A stretch of DNA of 64,000 nt, taken from the NCBI GenBank assembly GCA_015063985.1, contig SVTC01000007.1, positions 35,477-99,476 on the forward strand, read 5' to 3'. The position numbers and the translations under genes were made by a program. The notes beneath the pieces are model-generated. The model made no database searches, was not told where the DNA came from, and was given only the letters and a program-made list of their open reading frames with translations. This document shows, piece by piece, positions 37,086 through 46,758 of this stretch; within the stretch, counting starts at the first letter, position 1, and the number at the start of each line of letters is the position of its first letter. Source of the DNA: Oscillospiraceae bacterium (lineage in GTDB: Bacteria > Bacillota > Clostridia > Oscillospirales > SIG627).

Positions 37086-38429
37086 TCAGAACAGCTTTTC
37101 GCAGAATTCCTCGATGAGACCCAGATCCCAAGCCAAACGGCTTGCAACATACTTGTCGCGGATATCCTTGGTTGCCTTGAAGGAATCCTTGAGGCAATCG
37201 GGACAGATACCGATCTCCTCAACCGCCTTGGGTGCACCGATAAGGTCCATAAGATCCTCAACGGTCTTAGCATCGGGGAGCTCTTCTGCCATGATCTTCT
37301 TGATCTCGTCCCAATTATCGATGATCTTTTCAAGACGTGCGGCGTGCTTTTCGAGATTGTATTTGCCGGCGCCTGCCTCTGCCTCGATCATAGTCTCTGC
37401 GGCAGTGCCCAGAAGCTTTCTCAGATCCTCGCTCCAAGCCTCGAAGGAGAAGCTCTTAACGTAGCTGAGAGCCTTTTCTCTGTCGGGAGTTGCCGCCTTA
37501 AGAAGATCGTATACCTTAAGGCTGAGAAGCGTACCTATGCCAACCTGAATACCGTGAAGATCCACGGGAGTTCCAAGCTCAAGACCTCTCATATCCCAAA
37601 CGTGGGAGAAGTAGTGCTCCATACCGGAAGCGGGACGGCTCATACCGGCGTAGTTCATACCGATGCCCGCAATGAGCATACCCTCCATAACACTCTTTAC
37701 GCTTTCGGGGTCGCGCTTGATAAGACCCGCAGCGCCGTCAACAACGCGCTTAAGTGCGGTACGTACAAGACCTGCAACGTTTTCGCAGTAGTACTCTCCG
37801 ATGAGAAGGCTTGCTATTCTCCATTCGCAAATGGAAATGTACTTTGCAAGCATATCGCCAACGCCGGCCTGGAGCATTTTCATGGGAGCATTGCAAAGAA
37901 TATCAAGATCGCCGATAACTACCTGAGGGCAGGTGGAATCAAGAGAGACCTTAAGGCCGTCTCTTGCCATAGAAGAGGTCGCAGATGCGTAACCGTCCAT
38001 ACTGGGTGCAGTTCCAACGATAAAATAAGGGTGACCCGTGATCTTGGAAAGGATCTTTCCCAGATCGTTGATAACACCGCCGCCAACGCCGACGATAAGA
38101 TCGCAGCTGTGGTCGTAGTGCATCACGGCACTGCCAACAGCCCACTCATCGGGCTCAAGATGCTCTTTTCTGAAGGCGTAACGGCTGTGGGGGATCCCCG
38201 CAGCGTCAAGCTCTGCCTCGCAAAGCTCTCCTGCCGCCTTGTAGGTGTTAGTGTCGCAAAGGATAAACACCTTCTTGCCGCCGTACTTTTTAACCAGCTC
38301 GGCAAGCTTTTTTACAGCACCCTTCTCAATGTATGCTTCCTTTACCATTGCAAAATGCTTTTTGCCGCAATCGCACAGTGCGCCGTCGTTGGCAAGAAGC
38401 TCCGCAACGGTTGCTTTTGTCATATCCAT
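37086..38429 (-). CDS. iron-containing alcohol dehydrogenase family protein (glycerol-1-phosphate dehydrogenase/AraM-like)
   Basis: Family-typical GGGVINDLGK and polyol-dehydrogenase His motifs. The start at 38429 (MDMTKA) has GGAGG 8 nt upstream. Confidence 0.7.
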   Translation of the reverse strand: MDMTKATVAELLANDGALCDCGKKHFAMVKEAYIEKGAVKKLAELVKKYGGKKVFILCDTNTYKAAGELCEAELDAAGIPHSRYAFRKEHLEPDEWAVGSAVMHYDHSCDLIVGVGGGVINDLGKILSKITGHPYFIVGTAPSMDGYASATSSMARDGLKVSLDSTCPQVVIGDLDILCNAPMKMLQAGVGDMLAKYISICEWRIASLLIGEYYCENVAGLVRTALKRVVDGAAGLIKRDPESVKSVMEGMLIAGIGMNYAGMSRPASGMEHYFSHVWDMRGLELGTPVDLHGIQVGIGTLLSLKVYDLLKAATPDREKALSYVKSFSFEAWSEDLRKLLGTAAETMIEAEAGAGKYNLEKHAARLEKIIDNWDEIKKIMAEELPDAKTVEDLMDLIGAPKAVEEIGICPDCLKDSFKATKDIRDKYVASRLAWDLGLIEEFCEKLF

Positions 38430-38496
38430 ATTATTTACCTCCAAATCAATCTCTTACACTATTATATTATATCAACGCTCTTTCGTCAAGAGGCGT

Positions 38497-39798
38497 TCAT
38501 TTCACTTTCGGCAGAAAATACATAACCAAAACGGAATCCTTTTTCACCACTCCGTCAAAGAAGCATCTTGACATCGTCTTCTTTTCGCTTATCTCCTCGC
38601 AAAGATAAAGCTCATAAGGGGTATCTATCTCCAGCTCTATATCATTATCGGTGGGGTTTGCCACAACGATGACCTCGTCCTTCTCGCCCCTTGCGCAAAC
38701 GGCATACAGGCCTTCCTTATCGCCCTTAAGAGCAAGCTTTTCGCCTCTTTTGTAGAGCTCGTTAAAGGCAACGAAGGACCAGTAGGTCTTGTAGGGCTCC
38801 GCGCTTGCGGGATCAAAGAGCGAGCCGTAAATACTGACTCCGTAGCGTGCATCGTAGAACATGGCACTGTCCACGGGAAGATCCTCAAAGGAAAGCATCA
38901 TAGCGGCGGTAACCGCGGCATGCTTTGCCGTACCTCGCAGATTTACCAGACTGTTCCACTCGTTTACCGAGATATGAACGTCCTTGTAGCCTGCTTCATC
39001 GAGGGTGTCTCTGGCGTATTTTGCATATACCGCATTGTTTTCAACTGTATCGTAGCTGTGCCAGGAGAAGAAGTCCAGCGGACATTTGTGAAGAGTGATA
39101 TACTCAAGAAAGCGCTTGAAGAATACTATAAAATATTCCTTTCTTGGGGAGCTGTTGGCATTTGCAACAAAGCTCTTTTTCAGATCGTAGAAGCCGCAGG
39201 ATGCATAACCGCCTATCATCAGATGAGGGAATCTACCCTTCAGATGCTTGCTGGCAACGTCATAGAGCTCAAAGTATTCCTCCATATCGCCGCGCCACAT
39301 CTGATTTTCCATAGGATCCTCGTAGTTGTCGGGCTCGTTCCAGATCTCCCAAAAGCGGATATTGTATTTAAAGCCCTTTGCCCAACCCTCGGTATAGTGG
39401 CGGATTATACCCTCGCATATCTTCGCCCATTTAAGCTTGTCCTTAGGCGGGTATATATCGTACGCCTTTACGGCACAGTAGTTTTCTATAGACACACCGA
39501 GACGGATAAAGGGCTCAACGCCGTTTTCCACAAGAGCGCTTATCAAAAGATCCGCAAAACTAAAGTCGTATGCGCTCTCATCCTCGGGATCCCTGGCCCC
39601 GTCCTTGAATATGTAAGGTATGTCCAGGAAGCGACCGTAAAAGAAGCCTACGTCGTGAAGACGGGAAAAGGGAATACCTGCGTCCTTTAAGTAACTAATC
39701 ATCGAAAAGTCAATACCCTTATAGGGGGGCTGACCGACGCCGTGCATAGGCTTGATCCTACCGGTTGAAGCCGATCTGTCCACTGTAAGCTTTGCCAT
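38497..39798 (-). CDS. clan GH-A glycoside hydrolase (GH39-like)
   Basis: The WEIWNEPD catalytic-acid motif in a TIM-barrel-sized protein. The start at 39798 has GGAGAA upstream. Confidence 0.6.
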   Translation of the reverse strand: MAKLTVDRSASTGRIKPMHGVGQPPYKGIDFSMISYLKDAGIPFSRLHDVGFFYGRFLDIPYIFKDGARDPEDESAYDFSFADLLISALVENGVEPFIRLGVSIENYCAVKAYDIYPPKDKLKWAKICEGIIRHYTEGWAKGFKYNIRFWEIWNEPDNYEDPMENQMWRGDMEEYFELYDVASKHLKGRFPHLMIGGYASCGFYDLKKSFVANANSSPRKEYFIVFFKRFLEYITLHKCPLDFFSWHSYDTVENNAVYAKYARDTLDEAGYKDVHISVNEWNSLVNLRGTAKHAAVTAAMMLSFEDLPVDSAMFYDARYGVSIYGSLFDPASAEPYKTYWSFVAFNELYKRGEKLALKGDKEGLYAVCARGEKDEVIVVANPTDNDIELEIDTPYELYLCEEISEKKTMSRCFFDGVVKKDSVLVMYFLPKVK

Positions 39799-39800
39799 TA

Positions 39801-41432
39801 TTATTTCTCCTTGTCTTTCCAATACTTCCTTACGACCTTGCTTACCGCAAGATAGTTGTTTGTGAGGATGGTATCGATGCCCATCTTGGCATAGTTCAGT
39901 GCTTTATCGGGACTGTCCGCCCAGAAGAGATTGCAGATAATGCCGTTTTTGTGAGCCTCGTCGATGGTGTTCTGATCAAAATAGGGTCTGAAGAGCTGGA
40001 TCTTCTTTATTCCCAGAGCCAGGGCTCTGTTGACCATACTCATCTTGTCCTCGTTGCCGTCCCATCCTACACACACCGCAATGTCGGGAGCATATTCCAT
40101 TGCCATTTTCAGCATTTTATCGCTGGTGGTCATAAAGTAGCAGTGCTTTGCGCAGTCATATTTTCTGATAAGCGCCACTATCTCCTCCAGCTTGTGATCC
40201 TCAAATTCAGCATCCCATATCTTTACGTGGATATTCATAACCACTCTGGAGGCAAATTTTTGCAAAATTTCCTCAAAGGTGCAGATACCGAGACCCGCAA
40301 AGCTCTCGGAGTGCTTGGAACCAAAGTCCAGATCCTTAAGCTCATCAAAGGTCTTTTCATATATCTTTCCGCTGCCGTTTGATACTCTGTCCAGCGTGGG
40401 ATCGTGACAGCTTACCAGCACGCCGTCAAGAGTTGACCATATGTCAAATTCTATCTCCTCGGCTCCCAAAGCCACCGCCGCCCCGAAGGCAGGCATTGTG
40501 TTTTCGGGACAAGCCACACTGAATCCTCTGTGAGCGCATATTCTCGGATAGGGCATTACGTCCTCAAAAGCAACGACACCGGGACCGCCGTTGCGGTAAA
40601 GCCAAGGTCTTCTGCCCTCCTCGATGTATTCGTAATGGCTCTTTTCCTTCCCCTTGAAGCCCGCGGCTTTATAATACTTCTTTTTCGGATCTATTTCACA
40701 GATACCGAGACCTATTCTGCTCTTCATATCCACGAGGACCTTGGAATCCGGAGCAATAACGCAGCTGCATCCGCAAATATCGCTGTCCTCTCCCAGGCTG
40801 ACCGCAGACCTTATAAGATAGGCATTGGTATTGTAGCACAAAAAGCGATTTATCAACTCAAGAGCGCTGTGACTGTCCGTCCTTTGATGACTGCAGCCTA
40901 TCACCACGTCCACACCCTCTCTTGCCAACGCCGCAAAGGACTCGTAGAAATAGAAATCGTAGCAGGTCATAAAGCCGTATTTCACGCCCTCGATCTCCAC
41001 GGTATATGGCTTGGCAAAGCTATAGCTGTAGCTTACGTCCAGCTCGTTTCCGCCCTGAGCGGCTGTCTTTACCTCGCTGGGCGCAGGGTGTGCCTTGTAG
41101 TATTTTCCAACCGTATTGCCCTTTCTGTCAATGGCGTGAGTGCAGTTTACGTAGCCGTTGGGGCTTTTGTCGGCGGCGTTTACGAATACTATGGCGTTGC
41201 ATCTTATCGCCGCCTCCCTTGCCTTTGTCATAACGGTTTGATTATACTTTTCTATTGACTTATGGAACTCCTCCTTGGAGGGCTGATCGGCAGGAACGTC
41301 GGAATACTCCGGCATTACGATAAGATCCAGACTGTCATCGCAGGAATCCAAAAGCGCGATCATTTCATCAAAGCATTTTTGGGTATCCGCTCCGTCAAAG
41401 GAATAGTATGGCTGAATAACGCAAACCTTCAT
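39801..41432 (-). CDS. fusion protein: carbon-nitrogen hydrolase (nitrilase superfamily) domain plus glycerophosphodiester phosphodiesterase domain
   Basis: The N-terminal half (VCVIQP...VMPEYS...MTCYDF) is CN-hydrolase-like. The C-terminal half (CAHRGFS..PENT..EFDI..CHD) is GDPD-like. Confidence 0.65.
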   Translation of the reverse strand: MKVCVIQPYYSFDGADTQKCFDEMIALLDSCDDSLDLIVMPEYSDVPADQPSKEEFHKSIEKYNQTVMTKAREAAIRCNAIVFVNAADKSPNGYVNCTHAIDRKGNTVGKYYKAHPAPSEVKTAAQGGNELDVSYSYSFAKPYTVEIEGVKYGFMTCYDFYFYESFAALAREGVDVVIGCSHQRTDSHSALELINRFLCYNTNAYLIRSAVSLGEDSDICGCSCVIAPDSKVLVDMKSRIGLGICEIDPKKKYYKAAGFKGKEKSHYEYIEEGRRPWLYRNGGPGVVAFEDVMPYPRICAHRGFSVACPENTMPAFGAAVALGAEEIEFDIWSTLDGVLVSCHDPTLDRVSNGSGKIYEKTFDELKDLDFGSKHSESFAGLGICTFEEILQKFASRVVMNIHVKIWDAEFEDHKLEEIVALIRKYDCAKHCYFMTTSDKMLKMAMEYAPDIAVCVGWDGNEDKMSMVNRALALGIKKIQLFRPYFDQNTIDEAHKNGIICNLFWADSPDKALNYAKMGIDTILTNNYLAVSKVVRKYWKDKEK

Positions 41433-42553
41433 TATTTATCCTCCTTCTTATCGAAAGCCTCAGATGCTCTTTCCAAATTCTTTATTATCTCCAGATGCTG
41501 GGGACATATAGCCTCGCAGGCTCCGCATTTTAAGCAATCCTTTGCTTTTCCCTTTCCGTGGGTGGCAACCGAATAATAATATTTGCTGTTCCAGCCCTTC
41601 AGTGCATTGTACTTATTGTAGCAGCTGAACACGTCGGGAATGGGGATGTTTGCTGGACAGCCGTCGGTGCAATATCTGCAGGCGGTACAGGATACAAGGT
41701 CAAGGCTTTTAAAATACGCAACCACGTTATTTACCGCCTCTCTTTCCTTTTCGTCAAGAGGCTTAAAAGCCTTCAGGCTGGCAATGTTATCTCTCAGCAT
41801 CGCCTCGTCTCCCATACCGGAGAGCACACTGACCACGCCTTCAAAGCCTGCGGCAAAACGGATGGCATAGCTTGCTGCCGAGGCAGAGCCCAGCCTTTTA
41901 AAATGCTCTGCAGCTTCATCGGGAAGATTTGCAAGGCTGCCTCCCTTTACGGGCTCCATTACAAAAACGGGAATATTCCTTTCCCTGCAAAGCTCGTAGC
42001 ATTTTCTCGACTGGATGGCGTCATCCTCGTAATCAAGATAGTTAAACTGAAGCTGTACCACCTCTATCTGAGGATAAGCGTCGAGAATGGTCTTGAGCAT
42101 ATCGGCGTTATCGTGGAAGGAGATTCCGAAATGCTTTATCCTGCCCTCCTTCAAAAACTCCAGCGCAGTCTCGTAAGCACGGCAGGCTTTATATTTTTCA
42201 AAAAGCTTTTTCTCCTGGGCGTGCATAAGATAAAAATCAAAATACTCTACTCCGCAGGCATCAAGCTGTCTTTGAAAATAAGGTCTTATGTCCTCATTCT
42301 TTTCAAAGAAGGGAGTGGAGAGCTTATTTGTAAGAAGGTATGACTCTCTGGGGTATCTGTCGGTAAGACATTTCTTTAAAGCCGTCTCGCTCTTTCCCGA
42401 AAGATAGCCCGTTGCAGTGTCAAAATAGTTAAAGCCCTCTGCCAAAAATATATCCACCAAAGCACTGAAGGCATCGTGATCCACCTCGTCATCCTTCATG
42501 GGAAGCCTCATGCATCCAAATCCCAATTTGCCCTTTATACTGTCAAAGCTCAT
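41432..42553 (-). CDS. aldo/keto reductase with a C-terminal 4Fe-4S ferredoxin-type domain
   Basis: AKR N-terminus (GFGCMRLP), then CTACRYCTDGCP and CLKCGACEAICP cluster motifs. Confidence 0.75.
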   Translation of the reverse strand: MSFDSIKGKLGFGCMRLPMKDDEVDHDAFSALVDIFLAEGFNYFDTATGYLSGKSETALKKCLTDRYPRESYLLTNKLSTPFFEKNEDIRPYFQRQLDACGVEYFDFYLMHAQEKKLFEKYKACRAYETALEFLKEGRIKHFGISFHDNADMLKTILDAYPQIEVVQLQFNYLDYEDDAIQSRKCYELCRERNIPVFVMEPVKGGSLANLPDEAAEHFKRLGSASAASYAIRFAAGFEGVVSVLSGMGDEAMLRDNIASLKAFKPLDEKEREAVNNVVAYFKSLDLVSCTACRYCTDGCPANIPIPDVFSCYNKYNALKGWNSKYYYSVATHGKGKAKDCLKCGACEAICPQHLEIIKNLERASEAFDKKEDK

Positions 42554-43950
42554 TCTTTTTCCCCCGCCTTACGTATTACCTTCAGCCATTTTCCGCTTTT
42601 CAGTCGGAAAAAGCACCAAATGCATTTAATTACCTCATCTATTTTCAGACAAACGAATATCCAGAAGGGAGGCCAGTGGAACACAAGCCCCGCCAGAGCA
42701 CCGAGAGGTATGCTTGCAACCCACAAGAACAAAATATCTCCCATCATCAGAAATCTCGTATCTCCGCCTGCTCTGAGCACTCCCTTTGTAAGGATAGAAT
42801 TCATAGACATAAAGATCACTATAAAGCCAATGGCCTTTAAAAGCTCTCCCGCTATCTGCTTTGCCTCTGATGAAATATCGTAGAATGCCACCACCGGCGC
42901 CTTTATAATAAGGATCACGACGCTGGCAAAAACGCCGATCATTCCCGCCATTATCAAAAAGGTATAGCCCTGCTTCTGCGCCTTTTCAAACTTACCCTCT
43001 CCCATGGTGTGGCCGGTGATTATTCCCGAGGCGTTGCTGATTCCGGTGGTAAGCACCGTGGAAAGCTGCTGTACGACCACTGCAACGGCGTTGGCGGCTA
43101 CAAAGCTCTCTCCGATACGCCCCATTATCATTCCCACAGCGTTATTACCTATGGCAAGAAGGCCGTCGCTGACAAGCACGGGAATGGATACCTTTATATA
43201 CTCCCTTACAAGATCGCGGCATTTCATAAAGAAATCCTTTATTCTGTACGCCGCCCTCTTATCAATAAAGAAGAAGTATCCGCAAATAAACACAAGCTCG
43301 AAAATTCTGGCAATAAGAGTACCCAAGGCGGCACCCTCGATCTCCATTCGCGGCATACCGAGCTTACCGAAAATGAACACCCAGTTGCTGAACACGTTTA
43401 CAAAGAAAGCGATCACGGAACAGACAAGAGGGATCTTGACCTGCCCGATGGTCCTGAGAACTATGGTAAGAGTCAGGCTCAGCCCCATGCAGAAGTAGGT
43501 AGGGACCATCCACTTCAGATACCTTATTCCGTAGCCGATTATTACTTCCTCTCCGGTATATATTCTCATAACCAGCTCAGGTGCAACGGCTGTAAAGATG
43601 GTAAATACCGATGCAAACACAACGGTGACCCTGAGCATTATGGTTATAGCCTTCTTAAGGCTGTTCTTATCTCCCATGCCCCAGAAGCGGCTGGTAAGCA
43701 CCGAGGCTCCCATTCCGATACCCATACAGAAGATCATAAACAGAGTTATAAACTGCGCCGCAAGGCTTGATGCGGAAAGCTGGCTGTCCCCCATGCCGCT
43801 GAGCATTATAGTATCCATAAGGTTTATGCCCACCGTAATAAGAGATTGCAGTGACACCGGCACGGCTATTCTCGCCATTTTTTTGTAAAGCTCCTTGGAG
43901 CCCAGGTATTCCTTTATTCTGACCATTTTCCCTCCGGTTATTTTCTCCAC
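42550..43950 (-). CDS. MATE-family efflux transporter
   Basis: 466 aa, 12 TM helices, N-terminal pattern of MATE proteins (PVSLQSLITVGINLMDTIM). Confidence 0.8.
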   Translation of the reverse strand: MEKITGGKMVRIKEYLGSKELYKKMARIAVPVSLQSLITVGINLMDTIMLSGMGDSQLSASSLAAQFITLFMIFCMGIGMGASVLTSRFWGMGDKNSLKKAITIMLRVTVVFASVFTIFTAVAPELVMRIYTGEEVIIGYGIRYLKWMVPTYFCMGLSLTLTIVLRTIGQVKIPLVCSVIAFFVNVFSNWVFIFGKLGMPRMEIEGAALGTLIARIFELVFICGYFFFIDKRAAYRIKDFFMKCRDLVREYIKVSIPVLVSDGLLAIGNNAVGMIMGRIGESFVAANAVAVVVQQLSTVLTTGISNASGIITGHTMGEGKFEKAQKQGYTFLIMAGMIGVFASVVILIIKAPVVAFYDISSEAKQIAGELLKAIGFIVIFMSMNSILTKGVLRAGGDTRFLMMGDILFLWVASIPLGALAGLVFHWPPFWIFVCLKIDEVIKCIWCFFRLKSGKWLKVIRKAGEKE

Positions 43951-45377
43951 GCGCCGGGATACAAAAGACTGAGCATCGGGAACAGCTCCAGTCTTCCCGC
44001 AAGCATATCAAAGCTTAAAACAAGCTTACTGAGCACCGACATATCGGCATAATTTCCCATAGGACCAACCGTTTCAAGACCGGGACCTATGTTATTAAGA
44101 CAAGCAGCGACCGAGGTAAAGGACGTCACCATAGAAAAGCTGTCTAAGCTGATTATCGCCAAAGACACGACGAAAACGCAGATATATACCGTCAGATATC
44201 CCATTATTCCGCTCTGCAAAGACGAATCCACAAGCTTCTTTTCAAACTTTACAGTCTGAACACTTCTTGGAGAGACCTGCTTTTTGACCTGCGCTATGGC
44301 TGTCTTTATCATTATAACTATTCTTGAAACCTTGATACCGCCGCCGGTAGAGCCCGAGCAGGCTCCGATAAACATCAAGCCCACCAAAATGACCTTGGAA
44401 AAGTCCGGCCAAAGATCAAAATTCGCCGTGGCAAAGCCCGTGGTCGATATAAGACTGGCAACAGAGAAGGATACGTCTCTGAAGGCGTGAGAAAGACTGT
44501 CGTACAAAGGAAGGACGTTTATGGTAACGGAAATCACGGCGAAGACCACGATCCTGCCGAACCATTTAAGCTCCTCACTTTTAAGAGCCTCTCGCCAGGA
44601 GCCTATAAGAATAAAGTAATAAAGGTTGAAATTTATGCTGAATAAAAGCATAAATACCGTTATGACCCATTCAGCCCAAACGCTTTGATACTGACCTATG
44701 CCGAGATTTTTAATTCCGAAGCCGCCCGTTCCCGCGGTCGCAAAGGAGTTGAGCATAGAATCGAAAATATCCATTCCGCCAAAGACCAAAAGCACAAACT
44801 CCACAACTGTCAGGGATACGTAGATAAGATACAGAATTCTTGAATTCACCTGCATCTTGCTCACAAGCTTTCCTGCCTGATGCCCCGGCACCTCCGCACG
44901 CATAATGTGCATACTGCGGCTGTCATTGAAGGAAAGGATAGCCATAACGAAGACCAAAACGCCCATTCCACCTATCCAATGGGTAAAGCTGCGCCAGAAC
45001 ATAGTGCAGTGGCAAAGTGTTTCCACCTCTCGAAAGATAGTGGCACCGGTGGTGGTAAAGCCGCTTACGATCTCAAAAAAAGCATCAATATAGTTTGCCT
45101 CGGAACAAAGCGTGAGAGGCAAAGCTCCGAAAAGACTTACCGCTATCCATCCGAGTCCCGCTATTGCAAGTCCCTCTCTTGCTCTGAGAATCTTGCTTTG
45201 AGGCTTGAAGACAAAGCTCAGCGCCCCCGTGGCGACAAGCCCAACGGCTGTCATAAAATAATTCAGCGACTGAAAATATTCACCGTATATAAGTCCCACC
45301 AAAGCCGAAGGGACCAAAAGCAAGCCCTCGATAAAAATCAGCTTGCCCAATATCCAAAAAACAAATCCTACGTTCAT
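43938..45377 (-). CDS. trkH: TrkH/KtrB-family potassium uptake membrane subunit
   Basis: 479 aa polytopic protein with repeated GFTTTGA/ATAGTGGF selectivity-filter-like motifs. It is adjacent to trkA. Confidence 0.85.
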   Translation of the reverse strand: MNVGFVFWILGKLIFIEGLLLVPSALVGLIYGEYFQSLNYFMTAVGLVATGALSFVFKPQSKILRAREGLAIAGLGWIAVSLFGALPLTLCSEANYIDAFFEIVSGFTTTGATIFREVETLCHCTMFWRSFTHWIGGMGVLVFVMAILSFNDSRSMHIMRAEVPGHQAGKLVSKMQVNSRILYLIYVSLTVVEFVLLVFGGMDIFDSMLNSFATAGTGGFGIKNLGIGQYQSVWAEWVITVFMLLFSINFNLYYFILIGSWREALKSEELKWFGRIVVFAVISVTINVLPLYDSLSHAFRDVSFSVASLISTTGFATANFDLWPDFSKVILVGLMFIGACSGSTGGGIKVSRIVIMIKTAIAQVKKQVSPRSVQTVKFEKKLVDSSLQSGIMGYLTVYICVFVVSLAIISLDSFSMVTSFTSVAACLNNIGPGLETVGPMGNYADMSVLSKLVLSFDMLAGRLELFPMLSLLYPGAWRK

Positions 45378-45378
45378 A

Positions 45379-46734
45379 TCAGCTCAGAATATCATCAAGG
45401 GTGGAGAGCTTTTCACTGCGCACAGCCACCACTACGTTGTCGCCCGCACGAATAACGTCGTTACCACCGGGAATAATGATGTTATTGTCTCTTATTATAC
45501 AGCAAATAAGAAGATCCTTCTTCAATTCCAGCTTAAAAAGAGGAATATTTACGGCTCTGCTGTCCTCCGAGGCATGAAATTCCACCGCCTCGACTCTGTC
45601 ATCGGCAAGCCTGCACACCGTAAGCACCTCTCCGCCTCTCGCACTCTTCATAGCACGGATATATCTGAGTATCATATTCTCCGTAAGAGTCTTGGGGCTT
45701 ACCACGCTGTCCAGTCCCACCGCACGGAACATATCACCCAAATGGGTCTTACTTACCTTTATTACCGATTTTTCTATGCCCTCACGCTTTGCATACATTC
45801 CGACTATGATATTCTCCTCGTCCCTGCCCGTTACGGCAATGCAAACGTCGGTATCGGAAAAATTCTCCTCGTCAAGAAGCTCCATATCCGTTCCGTCGCC
45901 GCAGATTATATGCGCCTTGGGCAAAAGCTCGCAAAGCTCGAGGCATCTCTTTTCGTCTATCTCCACCACCTTGACGCTTACACCCGTATCACAAAGCATA
46001 CTTGCAAGGTAATAGGCTATCCTGCCGCCGCCGATTATAAACGCATTCTTCAGCCTTGTTCTGAACACGCCCATCTCCCTGAAAAAGGCACTGAGTTGAT
46101 CGTGGCTTGAGGTAAAGAATATCCTATCGTCTGCATAAATGGAGCTTTCGCCGTTAGGGATGATAAGCTCATCGCCGCGCAAGATCGCACAGATAAGCAC
46201 TCGGGCATCCAGCTTTTTGGAAAGATTCTTCATTTTCACCCCGTCAAGAGGAGAGCCCTCGGGCACTCTCATCTCCGCCACGTCCACCTTACCTTTTGCA
46301 AAGCTGTTTAAGGCTATGGCAGAGGGATAGCGGATAAGCTTTGATATCTCCCTTGCGGTGGCAAACTCGGGATTGACCGCCAGATCAAGTCCCATCTTAT
46401 CAAGCAGAGTTATAAAGTTCTTGGAATACTCGGGGTCTCTTATTCTGGCTACGGTCCTTCTGACTCCCAGCTTTTTCGCCACAAGACAGCAAAGCATATT
46501 GATCTCGTCGGAGGAGGTGGTGGCAATCACCACGTCCGCGTGACCGACTCCCGCCTCGCTCTGCACGGAATAGTTTACTCCGTTTCCCGCAATGCCGTTT
46601 ACGTCAAAGCTGTTAAGCGCCGCATCTATCACGGCCTGATCCGTATCAATAAGAGTAAGATCGTGACCCTCGGCGCTGAGCGATCCCGCAAGGGCAAGAC
46701 CTATCTTTCCTACACCGATTATTACTATTTTCAT
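45379..46734 (-). CDS. trkA: Trk system potassium uptake protein TrkA (two RCK/NAD-binding domains)
   Basis: MKIVIIGVGKIG and a second IIGGGRIA Rossmann motif. 451 aa. Confidence 0.9.
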   Translation of the reverse strand: MKIVIIGVGKIGLALAGSLSAEGHDLTLIDTDQAVIDAALNSFDVNGIAGNGVNYSVQSEAGVGHADVVIATTSSDEINMLCCLVAKKLGVRRTVARIRDPEYSKNFITLLDKMGLDLAVNPEFATAREISKLIRYPSAIALNSFAKGKVDVAEMRVPEGSPLDGVKMKNLSKKLDARVLICAILRGDELIIPNGESSIYADDRIFFTSSHDQLSAFFREMGVFRTRLKNAFIIGGGRIAYYLASMLCDTGVSVKVVEIDEKRCLELCELLPKAHIICGDGTDMELLDEENFSDTDVCIAVTGRDEENIIVGMYAKREGIEKSVIKVSKTHLGDMFRAVGLDSVVSPKTLTENMILRYIRAMKSARGGEVLTVCRLADDRVEAVEFHASEDSRAVNIPLFKLELKKDLLICCIIRDNNIIIPGGNDVIRAGDNVVVAVRSEKLSTLDDILS

Positions 46735-46758
46735 TTTCCGTCCCTCTGTTTTGCATTC

